Assembly: GCA_964187785.1 (NCBI GenBank)
Contig: OZ076410.1
Coordinates: 27,528,001-27,592,000, forward strand
Direction: 5' to 3'
Length of the DNA: 64,000 nucleotides
From: Amphiscolops sp. MND2022
Taxonomy: Eukaryota
The notes beneath the pieces were generated by a model that worked only from the letters and a program-made list of their open reading frames with translations, was not told the origin of the DNA and made no database searches. The translations under genes were made by a program, and so were the position numbers. Positions 37,557 to 47,289 of the stretch are shown in pieces (position 1 is the stretch's first letter; each line of letters begins with the position of its first letter).

Positions 37557-39390
37557 TTGCGTTTGTTAGTGGATTTTTTTTTGTATTATTACTTTGCCGA
37601 ATTTTGCTGTTGTTTATTAGTATTGAGCTCATTCAGTAATTGGGTCCTGGTGGTTTCTACCATCATAGTGAACTTTTCTTGTTTTCCGTAGTACTGAGCA
37701 TTTAAGGTGTTACAATGGTGTTTTGCATGTTGTATGTGGTAAAAAAAATGAATTTTTTGTATGTTGCGGTGTTCGCATTGACTGCATGTACTCGTCATTT
37801 TTTCTTCGTTGGTCTAATCTAGTCTGGGAACGATTTGTTTTTCTGTAGTGCATGAAATCTAGGGTTGTTTTAAACGGTTTCTTACTTCTCGTGTTTTTTG
37901 AGTATATATATGTTCATGATGCTAAATTACCTCTATCGTTCTTGGGTGTTTGTATGGGGTTACCCATACCTTGGCTATAATTTCATGCGGCGTTCCGCTC
38001 TTTTTGTTACGTCGTCTTAAGTGAATTTTTTCGGAAAGTTCATGTTGGTTATGGTGGTCACCGCGGTAACCACTGACATAAAAATTGTTCACGCGCCAAG
38101 CTGTGCTGCGCATGGTACTCGAAAGTCAAGTCCTCCTATTCATTGTTAGTGAATGCTCGAGAATGGTAACGAGACAGGGTGACTGTGGCTTTCGGTCCTT
38201 AGCACCGCGCCGCGAGGTACGTGACTGAGCAGCTCGCTCATTTCAAAGACTGAATTCCCAAGGGGTGGATCCTTGACTTGATACATGACTTATTAGGTAT
38301 GCATGTAAGTTTTTCGTGTTATAAGTTTTAGGGACTACTTTACATGTATTTTGGTGTGTTTCGATTTATTACATGCAGCGGTCTGTGTTTGCGACGTCAT
38401 CATCGTTGATGTGTGTCCCGGGACGTCATCACACGTGATGTGTGTCGTCGAGATCGCGAGTTCTTACGTTATGTTAACTGCAGTGGTACCAAGTTGTTAG
38501 GCTGAGAAGGATGGACATGTTTAGGTTTCGTCGTTAAGTAGCCTTTTGGGGCCGCGTACTCCTTAATCTTTTCCCTAATGAGGCGAAGCCTTCGCATCCT
38601 AGGTTACGTTTAAGGGGCCGGGCGATCATTGCTTTCAGGAGTTGGTAAGTTCTTGTTCTTACCGGCGTTTTGTTAGCTTTTAGTGATTGGTTTTTAGTTT
38701 AGATGTTCAGTTCATTGGAAAAGGTGAATTCCCGTCGGAACCACCTATGCAAAACTAACGCTGAATCCAGTTGCTAAAGAGCAACCTTCATCTGTATGTA
38801 TGACCAACCACACAAGCACGCTTTTTGACGACGCACCCACACAGCCAGGACTATGCGTCTAAAGCGAAATAGGTGGAGTATTGGTTATGTTGTCCTAACG
38901 TTTGCCAGGCAGCAGATCATCACTGTTAGTTTGTTGCATTTGTAGGGAACGTTGTTTTCGTTCACGCTTCGTTAGTTATGCATTGATATTTTTCTAAGCA
39001 AATTGCTTTAGTTTCGGTTGTGGATGTAGTAAATATGGTGCGAATTGAATAAATTATCGTTCACACTTTTGCGCGTTACATGTACTTCCGGACCGCTAGT
39101 GTTGGAATGATAGGCGTGTGCAGTCGTTACTTTACTATTTGCTTGTTCCGCTAGTGATTGATGCTGATAAATTAGATAGTTTACACAGCGACGACGGAAG
39201 TGAATGGTCGTTTAATCATGTTAATTGAAGTGTTTGCTAGGTTGTTCAGAATATTCACTATTGTTTGTTGAATGCTTGGTGTACTAGGGTGTAATTGTAA
39301 AACAATTACCTTTACGGTCAGATGAAAAGGCTGTTGATGACTGCTGTTAGCAGTCGTTGGTTTAATAAGTGTGATTATGGGTGTGTGTTT

Positions 39391-42300
39391 TTATAGGTTT
39401 CTGTTTTTCAGAAGCAGCTGTTGAAGCGAAGGCGTTCCATGTAGTTCGTGCATCAGGAAGTCAGGGTACGTGGTAGGTTTTGGGTTGTGTCTGAGTCCGT
39501 ACCGAGACATAGTGTGTCGTGATGTCGGTGGAGGGTGGTCATTTGTTTGGTATTCATTGTTGTTTGTTTCAGAATTATTCGTGCTAACGGTATCTGGTTG
39601 TGGTACTTGTGTTTCAGCTTGGCTTTCAGGTATGGAAATGTTTTGATCGGGTTCTATGCTTTGTCGTTCGTAGTATATCATTCCATGGTCAGCATGTAGT
39701 TCTTCGAAGTCCGATTGTTCAGGTATTGCTTGTTGTGGTTGTTCATGGACGTGATCGGGTAGGTGGTTGTCAAACAACTCCTGCTCGTTGAGGGCGTCGG
39801 GATCTTCAAAGTATTGTGATGTATTGTCTTGAATGTCTTCAATTGGTGCGTTTGGTGTAAATGGGCGGAGCCTCATTCTGTGAACGCATTGAGTGCGAAG
39901 AGTTCCAATCTTACGTATAATGTAATTTGAATTGGACAAGACTTTGACCACTTTGTATGGGCCTTCCCACTTGAATTCCTTGAATGGAATTTTGTCAGAT
40001 TGTTGAGACAGTCTTTTGTTTAGCAGAAAGGTGAAGTCATTTACTTTCAGAGGTGAAGCTTGCGCTTTTCGGTCGTAGTAATTCTTGTATTTGTGGAAGG
40101 CTTCGATTATGTTGTCATGTGTTTGTTGGAATTTTTTGTTCATGTTATCGAGTATCCCAGTGACGTCGGTAGTGTTGCGTTGTTCAGTTAGTGGGTTTCC
40201 GAATTTGACGTCAAGGGCATTGAATGGAACACGTCCGTGGAAAATTTCAGTGGGTGTACATCGAATAGCCTGGTGGTAGGTTGTGTTATGGGCCATTACG
40301 GCCATGTTGACGTATTTATGCCATTGTGGTGAATCAGCTGAGATGTTAATTTTAAGGATTTGCTTTAGTCTCTGGTGAGAACGTTCAACCATTCCGACCG
40401 TTTGCGGGTGTTTGACAGATGCGTGTGCGATTTTTATACCGGCAGACTCCATCAGGGAGTTGAACAGTTGGGCTGTGAACGTTGATCCTTTGTCAGTTAG
40501 GATTGTCTTGGGTACGTAGGAATGTTGTGTAAAAATTTGCATAAGTGCTTCTACGACCGACTTTGTGTCCTGTTTACGGATAGGTATTGCGAAGAGGTAC
40601 CTAGAAAAGTAGTCGCATGCAGTGAGTATGTGTGTGAATCCGTTGGAGGGTGGGAGTTCACCGACTAAATCAATTTCTAGTATGTCTTCTGGTCCGTTAC
40701 AAGGGTCATATATTTGTTGGAGTGGTGGTGTGATTGCAGCTTTTCGGATTGGTTTTGAGCGGATGCAGTCCTGACAGTTCGAGACGTATTGCAGTACCAG
40801 TTCAGAGAGGTTCGGGGAATAGTACCTTTTACGTAGCTCGTGGAGCATTTTATTACAACCAGGGTGACCTTGCAGAGGGTCATCGTGCAAAGATTGGATG
40901 ATTTTTTGGATAGTTTCAGTAGGTGTGACAATTTGTTTACACTTAATTTTACCTGTACCATCGAAAAAGTTCCTGTACAAAACGTTGTTCACTACTTCAA
41001 GTCTTTTCTTGTTTTTGACTAGTTTTTGGAAAAACTGACTTTCAAAGTTCACATGATTAGGAAGGGTTTCCTTTTGATTCAAAATTCTAATCATGCGTTG
41101 GATGTCAAGGTTTACGAGTTGATCCTGGATGATTTGAAACTCCCCATTGGGGCATACCTGGTTTACCACGTTGTCATGAAGCTTTCGCCTGAATCGGGTG
41201 AACGTCATCTCGTCATGCTGCCCTGTGATGATGGGTGTGATTTGATGACGGATGGTTTCTATCCTCTCACGAAACTGTCCACTCGATTCGTCACTGCACA
41301 TGGGGACCTGGTCCAGTATGGCGTTGATGGCTTCATTTTGTTTGGTGGTGGTGGTTTGTTGGTCATCAGGTATGTATTCTTCCTCTTCTTCGTCCTGCTT
41401 CGGTGTTCGTGACGCCAGATCGATCTCGACGTGAAAGACTGGTATCTCGTCGTTGAGTTTGAGGTGGATTCTCTCCTTTGGTCGTATGTCAAGACGAGAC
41501 AGGTAGTCTGCAGCAGGATTCTCAGTTCCAGGAACATGGGCAAGTACGAATTCGAATTGAAGCGTCTGATCGCAGTAATTCCATAGTTTCGGGGGAATTC
41601 GTTTGGACTGGAAAAAACGCGTCAGTGCTTTATTGTCCGTCATTACAATTGTTGGTTTCTTGACACCCCAGAGTATGTGTGCGAATTCGTCGAATGCGAA
41701 ATGCATCGCCAGGAATTCTTTCGCATACATTGTAAGTGACATTTGGCCCTCCGTGAATCGTTGGGATCCAAATGATACTGGTGCGTACGTCTTCATTGGT
41801 CCGTCGTTAGTTTCGGTGTAGTCTTCTATCAGGAGGACATATCCTGCCGCGTGCTCACTGGCGTCACACATTATAACAAGTTGTTTGTCGGGTAATGGTA
41901 GGCGTAGTGAGAGTTTCGCAGCTTTGGCAAGGTTTTCGTTAATCTCGAAAATGATGTCCTTGTGTTGTTTGTTCAGTTGGAATTTCACATCTTTCTGTAG
42001 CAGTTTGTACAGTGGGGTGAGCTTTTCTGCCAGGCGTGGTATGTACTGCCTGTAGAACTGGACAAACCCGATGTACCTTTGGAGGGATTTGACTGATGTG
42101 GGTAGTTTGATCTTTTTGAGGAAGTCATCAATTTTGTCTTCGAGTGGGGCGACACCCTTTGATGTGATGCTTCTCCCAAGGAAATCAATTTGTGGGTGGC
42201 CAATCGCACATTTTGACATTGATAGTTTCAATCCTGCTTTCTGGATTTGCTGGAACACAGCTTCAATGTTGGACAGTAGTTCATCAACGGTGTGGGCAGC

Positions 42301-44175
42301 AATCCCAATGTCATCGACATACTGCGCGCATTTGTCCGCTTTCACGAGTGCATCAACGTATTCTCGTACTGTGCTGTTGAATGCTGACAAGGATCGGTTG
42401 AGTCCCTGTGCCAGTCGTAAATAAGCGAATGTGCGGCTGCCGAAGTTAAATGCCAGAAGTTGTATGGATTGCTCGTCCGCCATCTGCAGGCAGTGGTACG
42501 CCTGCGAACAGTCCAGCTTGCAGAAATACTTTTTTCCTGCCATGTGCTGGGCGGCGTCGGCGATGGTGGTTACTGGATGATTATGTTGGTTGTAATTATT
42601 TTTCAGGAGGTGGTTGATTCTGCGCAGGTCCACGAGTATGCGGAGTTTCCCGTTAGGTTTGCGCTGAGCGAATATTGGTGAGGAATACTTGCTGTATGGC
42701 AACGTCGTGATGATTCCGTACTCCTGCATCAGTGCTAGCTCGACGAGTAGGTCGTCTTTGAGATTTGTGGGTGTGGGTAAACTCTGCGCGTAGACTGGTT
42801 CATCGTGCTTCGGGGTGAGTTTAATTTTGAAGTCGGTATTGATGCCTATGTCAAGGCGGTGTCTGGCGAACACATTGTTATACTTCACAAGGAGGTTCTC
42901 AATCTGTTGTCGTTCGTGCTCATTCAGAATTGAGTTTTCCCATTTGAAGTTGGCAAGGAACTCCTTGCGTTGTTTGTCGTCTGCTGTTGGATCCAGTTTC
43001 TCTTCCTCACGGAGTTTAGTGATTTCGTCATATATCCGCCTTTCAATGCGGTTCAACTTGGACGGGTCATCACAGGTCTCCGGTGTTGGGTACCATCGGC
43101 GGTTGGTTTCGGTGCCGGGCTCCTGGAACAGCTGGTTCAATACATTATCAGCTTCGTCTGGGTATTTGGTGATCAGTGTCAATTGTTCGTTTGACATCGG
43201 TTGTAGGTTCTTTGCCTGGTTGGAAGTCATTGTTCTGAATGTGGCCACTGTCGTGTTCGGGTTGAGGGTGATTGTGTGACAGGTGAGGTTGGTGATCTGG
43301 ACATGGCTTTTCATCTCAGTGATTTGTGTTAAAGCAGGGGACACTAGTAGTTGGGTCTTCCTTTCAAAGGCTGGAAAGGTTTCTACAGTGCCCTGGATTG
43401 TCCCGAAGTCCTTTTCTGCTATGACGGGGACCATGATTTGGTGATCCGGTTGTATCACTATCTTCTGCGATGTGCGTAGTTCGAGCATCTGAACTTTGTA
43501 TCGGCCTCTTTCTGGTTTAAGTTGAAGGGTAATGTCTGGGAATTTGACCACGTTATTGGCAAGGTCAAGCGTCACTGAGTATTTCTTGAAGAAGGACATT
43601 CCGATCAAGATGTTGCCCATGGTTGGTAGAATCATAAAGGTTTCCTCGAATACTTTACCACCGATGAAAAAGCGGAGTAATACCTGTTTCCGGACTGGGA
43701 CGATGCTCCCGTTGGCAATTTGGACTTTGAAGTCCGGTGCTGGGTACTCTTCAAGAAGTGCTGCTGGATGAGCTGACAAGATTCGTCTGAGTTCGTCTTC
43801 TGACATGGCACTTCTTATTGCTCCCGTGTCGAGGAGTCCATGGTTCTCGTATGCTCTGAATTGTAATGGGACGTATAACATCTTGTCCTTTTTGTTTAAC
43901 TGAAGTGTTGCTGTTAACACCTGGATCGCCACGTCCTTCTTTCGGTTTGTTGTTTTCCTTGTACAGTCAGTTGTCTTGGTCGAGTTTGAGTGCTGTGTTT
44001 CTTCAGTCGTTTGTAAGTTCACATTTGCCGGTTCGGAGGTAGTCATCGCATCTTCATGAGTCGTTTCATTGGTAGTTTTGTGGGTAGTTGTAGTCATGGG
44101 TTTTTGATCCTGCCGAAGATCTGTTGCCCGGGTTTTGTAGTTTTTTGTATAGTAGTAGTTGTTTGTGTTGCGCAC
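39391..44175 (-). CDS. pol: Gypsy pol polyprotein (protease, RT, RNase H, integrase), intact, 1594 aa
   Basis: LLDTGA (PR); KLDCSQAY and YVDDIG (RT); MCDASEHAAGYVL (RH); HDDPLQGHPG..C..C, IDLVG, TDKG, VERSH (IN). The frame stays open to ~44265, overlapping the gag end in the -1 frame. Confidence 0.96.
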   Translation of the reverse strand: MRNTNNYYYTKNYKTRATDLRQDQKPMTTTTHKTTNETTHEDAMTTSEPANVNLQTTEETQHSNSTKTTDCTRKTTNRKKDVAIQVLTATLQLNKKDKMLYVPLQFRAYENHGLLDTGAIRSAMSEDELRRILSAHPAALLEEYPAPDFKVQIANGSIVPVRKQVLLRFFIGGKVFEETFMILPTMGNILIGMSFFKKYSVTLDLANNVVKFPDITLQLKPERGRYKVQMLELRTSQKIVIQPDHQIMVPVIAEKDFGTIQGTVETFPAFERKTQLLVSPALTQITEMKSHVQITNLTCHTITLNPNTTVATFRTMTSNQAKNLQPMSNEQLTLITKYPDEADNVLNQLFQEPGTETNRRWYPTPETCDDPSKLNRIERRIYDEITKLREEEKLDPTADDKQRKEFLANFKWENSILNEHERQQIENLLVKYNNVFARHRLDIGINTDFKIKLTPKHDEPVYAQSLPTPTNLKDDLLVELALMQEYGIITTLPYSKYSSPIFAQRKPNGKLRILVDLRRINHLLKNNYNQHNHPVTTIADAAQHMAGKKYFCKLDCSQAYHCLQMADEQSIQLLAFNFGSRTFAYLRLAQGLNRSLSAFNSTVREYVDALVKADKCAQYVDDIGIAAHTVDELLSNIEAVFQQIQKAGLKLSMSKCAIGHPQIDFLGRSITSKGVAPLEDKIDDFLKKIKLPTSVKSLQRYIGFVQFYRQYIPRLAEKLTPLYKLLQKDVKFQLNKQHKDIIFEINENLAKAAKLSLRLPLPDKQLVIMCDASEHAAGYVLLIEDYTETNDGPMKTYAPVSFGSQRFTEGQMSLTMYAKEFLAMHFAFDEFAHILWGVKKPTIVMTDNKALTRFFQSKRIPPKLWNYCDQTLQFEFVLAHVPGTENPAADYLSRLDIRPKERIHLKLNDEIPVFHVEIDLASRTPKQDEEEEEYIPDDQQTTTTKQNEAINAILDQVPMCSDESSGQFRERIETIRHQITPIITGQHDEMTFTRFRRKLHDNVVNQVCPNGEFQIIQDQLVNLDIQRMIRILNQKETLPNHVNFESQFFQKLVKNKKRLEVVNNVLYRNFFDGTGKIKCKQIVTPTETIQKIIQSLHDDPLQGHPGCNKMLHELRKRYYSPNLSELVLQYVSNCQDCIRSKPIRKAAITPPLQQIYDPCNGPEDILEIDLVGELPPSNGFTHILTACDYFSRYLFAIPIRKQDTKSVVEALMQIFTQHSYVPKTILTDKGSTFTAQLFNSLMESAGIKIAHASVKHPQTVGMVERSHQRLKQILKINISADSPQWHKYVNMAVMAHNTTYHQAIRCTPTEIFHGRVPFNALDVKFGNPLTEQRNTTDVTGILDNMNKKFQQTHDNIIEAFHKYKNYYDRKAQASPLKVNDFTFLLNKRLSQQSDKIPFKEFKWEGPYKVVKVLSNSNYIIRKIGTLRTQCVHRMRLRPFTPNAPIEDIQDNTSQYFEDPDALNEQELFDNHLPDHVHEQPQQAIPEQSDFEELHADHGMIYYERQSIEPDQNISIPESQAETQVPQPDTVSTNNSETNNNEYQTNDHPPPTSRHTMSRYGLRHNPKPTTYPDFLMHELHGTPSLQQLLLKNRNL

Positions 44176-44210
44176 TTTGTTGTTGTAGTAGTCTGTCGGA
44201 TGACGTGGCT

Positions 44211-45749
44211 CTAGAAAATTTTTGGCTGGCTGGATGGTGCTTCTGTGAAGTCCTGTGGGTAGTAGTCATCGTTGGTTTGATGTTGTTGTTCCCCTGGTGT
44301 GAACTCATTCATTTCATTGGTTGGGTAGGGGCTGTTTTGTGCTCTTCTGAAGTCACGTCGGAAGTCCCTATTCTCGGTTGTGGTTTGTCTATTGTAGGGC
44401 ACACTTCCATACGCTGAATTTTGGGGGATTCTATAGCGCCAGTCTTTTGCGGAGTGGCCTGTATACCCGCAAATTTGGCAGACCAGTTTGGCGTTGTATT
44501 TTGTTTGTGTCTCTGCGTGGTTGTTGCTTTGTTGTTCTGGTTTTTTCTGCGCTTGTGAGTTGTTGTTGCCCGCTGCTTCGTCTCGTAATCGTTTGCGGCA
44601 CTCGGCCCATTTGTGCCCGTAAATTGCACAGTATCTGCAATTGCCATCAAATTTCTTCTTGATAGGTGGTCGCTCGTTTGTGTTTTGTTTCTGGACAACT
44701 GGCTTGGTCGGGACTTCTTGCGTCTGGATAGCTTGGTTGAATGGTTGGAGGAGTTGTTGATTTGGTAACAACTGTGCATACTGGCATCTCCTCTGAACGA
44801 ACGTTTTAATGTCCTCGATACTGGCGTTGTGTTTTCCAGCGATTGCCAATTCATTTTGAAGCTGAATTGGTAGTTTGGCGAACAGGAAGGTTTGAACGAT
44901 TTCCTGTGCCTTGTCTCCATATGCTTGTTTGGGAATCTTCTTGTAATTTGCAAGGAAGGTACTGAATGACTCGGTAGTCGGGTCGTATCGGAGCTGATCG
45001 AATTTGAATTTTGAGACTTCAGAGAGTTCTTCCTTCGCATATTCCTTCTTGAATGCCATTAGTATGTCCCTCAGTGTTGTTTCTGTTGTTATTGGTAGCG
45101 TCTGCCAAAACTCGATTGCATCATCTCTGAGCAGACTCTGGAAGTAATTGAGTTTTTGTTCCTCAGTCAGCTTGTGTGCGTGAGGGCGTAGGTGGTTGAG
45201 CAATAAATGCTCAAATTCGTTGTACTTGTCTCGATTTCCTTTGAATAGGGGTACTTGGGTCTGCAGGATTTTGGGTTGGGTTAATGTTTCTCCCATTGTG
45301 CTGCGGAGATGGTGGATTTCTGTCATCACATCAGCTATCTGCGGAATGCTGGAGTTACTTTGTGGTGTCCCATTGGGTGGTGTTGTCCGGGAACCTGATG
45401 GTCGTGGGTTCGTAACTCCTGTCACCATGTCGGAACGACTGTTAGCACTTGTAGTTGCTATGTTCGGTCTGTTCCCTTCTCCGTTAATGGAGGCAATCTG
45501 GTTTGTTAAGGTAAGGACTATACTTGTAATGTCTCCAATTTGTCTATTTAACTCATTAAAACGTTGATCGACACTATTGTAATGTTTACCATGATGTCTG
45601 GTTAATACATCTTCGGAATCGAGATTCTCAATTTGGTCTCTGGATAACACATCTGGGAAACTAGCATCGCTTTCACTGTCACTAGATCTATCCATATTTT
45701 GCGTTTCTATTTGCTTGTCACGATTACTTTGAGATCTGGTAGTTACCAT
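44211..45749 (-). CDS. gag: Gypsy gag, 512 aa, initiating inside the 5' LTR
   Basis: Capsid-like PLFKGNRDKYNEFEHLL...LNYFQSLLRDDAIEFW and zinc knuckles CRYCAIYGHKWAEC and CQICGYTGHSAKD. The first 107 codons lie within the LTR. Confidence 0.9.
   Translation of the reverse strand: MVTTRSQSNRDKQIETQNMDRSSDSESDASFPDVLSRDQIENLDSEDVLTRHHGKHYNSVDQRFNELNRQIGDITSIVLTLTNQIASINGEGNRPNIATTSANSRSDMVTGVTNPRPSGSRTTPPNGTPQSNSSIPQIADVMTEIHHLRSTMGETLTQPKILQTQVPLFKGNRDKYNEFEHLLLNHLRPHAHKLTEEQKLNYFQSLLRDDAIEFWQTLPITTETTLRDILMAFKKEYAKEELSEVSKFKFDQLRYDPTTESFSTFLANYKKIPKQAYGDKAQEIVQTFLFAKLPIQLQNELAIAGKHNASIEDIKTFVQRRCQYAQLLPNQQLLQPFNQAIQTQEVPTKPVVQKQNTNERPPIKKKFDGNCRYCAIYGHKWAECRKRLRDEAAGNNNSQAQKKPEQQSNNHAETQTKYNAKLVCQICGYTGHSAKDWRYRIPQNSAYGSVPYNRQTTTENRDFRRDFRRAQNSPYPTNEMNEFTPGEQQHQTNDDYYPQDFTEAPSSQPKIF
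45415..45427 (-). promoter_or_regulatory. Primer binding site (tRNA-Leu-like)
   Basis: TGGTGACAGGAGT directly after the LTR terminal CA; 12/13 match to TGGTGTCAGGAGT, the complement of a typical metazoan tRNA-Leu(CAG) 3' end. The tRNA assignment is tentative. Confidence 0.65.
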
Positions 45750-46576
45750 GAAAAGCCAAAAGGTTTTAAGTTAAATTTGAAATGGTATAAAGGTATGAAT
45801 TGGAATGATGATAGGAAGATACAGTAGTTAGCAACTTATCTCGTCAGAAGTTACAATTCGTGTGTGTTGTTCGGTTTTACCCGATAGTACAATTATGGAA
45901 GTGTGTTAGCACCTTTCCTCTTAGCCAATGGCGTTCAACCTGCTAATTGCACTTGACGACTGGTAGCCACAGTCGTTGCAGGTGATAATCGATGCTCAAT
46001 TACGTATGTTTGATCTAGTATGACCGCAAGCACCAGTCATCTTAGCACGTAATTATTTCAAATTATCTCTCATATTGAGGCTTTACTACTGAGTGTTCTT
46101 ATCATCGTGGTGACTGCTCTAATTACCGTTTGAAGTAATTTACTAATGGATATTGCACGAATTACTGATATAAATGAACGAAATGTTGTGGTTTAAGTGA
46201 ATGGATTGTTATGACTATGAATGATTGATTGTTCTGGTAGTACGTTACATGTAATATAAAAAATGGATAAAGAATGGTTAAACGATGCACTATCACTGTG
46301 GATGATGACTGATTGTTTCAGTCGTAAATATTGAAATAACTGGATATTTCAGTTTTAGCTTTTAAACGATGCACCATAACATGAATGAATTTAGTATTGA
46401 TGACTGCTAGTTTCAGTTGTCATATAGCCAACTGTAATGTTTAGCTAATAAATTACTGCAATGTATTTACATGATGATCTGTATTTTAGGGAGTTTGTAA
46501 GGATGTAATGTATTATGTAAGGATTAATGTTTTAGAGTTTATTTCATTTCTTCATGCTTGGCGGGCGGGCATGACA
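45428..46576 (-). repeat. 5' LTR (1149 bp) of young Gypsy element
   Basis: Minus strand TGTCATGCCC...TTCCGACA; flanked by TSD GGGGG at 46577-46581. Confidence 0.96.
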
Positions 46577-47289
46577 GGGGGACTCTTTGCAATAACTTTT
46601 TCCCAGGTATTCGTTTAGTCTTTGGTCTTTTTGTCTTTAATTTTCTTCCCATGCGCTTCTCTTGGATAGCGGACCTTAATCGAGACTGCTAGGACTTTTT
46701 ACATGCTGCAGGCTGTCACTTAGATAGACGTCGAATACAACAGGGATTTAGTAATGCATTGAAGTTTCCGCAAGATTTTCGGAAAATCATTGCAAAAGTT
46801 GCCGGCAAGCTTCGAAAACGTAAGCTTGAACTAGGGGAAAATTGACGTCTCAGCTGATTTTCTCAACAAATTTTACTTTTTGTTTTTAGACAAAAGGTTA
46901 ATCTTCTCCCATATCTTGAACTACAAAAAAGCTTGAATCTGAAATTTCTACAAAATGAGAACTTGAAGTAATTTTAGGTTGTTTTTGAACTTTTTGTGAA
47001 AGGTTTGAATAATTCGACGGTTAGATTTTACAAAAAAATACAGAGCAGAATGAGTCTCGGAGCTTAGCGGGCGTCTTGTTTGTGATTCACTCTATTGAGA
47101 AGGAATTTCTGCTTTTGGCTCGAGCTACTGAGAGTTTCAATTCCGTTAGTAGTCCAATTTTTCATACGACCGAAATTTATTTGGCATCACAATTGGCAAT
47201 ATTTATGAACTGAACCAAAAAAAACTCGAATGAAGAGCTTGGTTGTGGGGTTATTTTCTTCTCAGTAAAAAATTCATCTGAAATCTTAC

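Larger units (their letters stand above)
31214..46576 (-). mobile_element. Young 15.4 kb Gypsy/Ty3-type LTR retrotransposon with intact gag and pol and a ~7 kb accessory region
   Basis: LTRs 45428-46576 (5') and 31214-32341 (3') differ by about 11 substitutions plus 17- and 4-nt indels (by eye). TSD GGGGG; PBS and PPT adjacent to the LTRs; uninterrupted gag and pol ORFs. Confidence 0.96.

Noticed and set aside
39600-45567. Numerous short + strand ORFs overlapping gag-pol
   Set aside because: Antisense shadows of the strongly biased coding strand; no motifs or splice logic.
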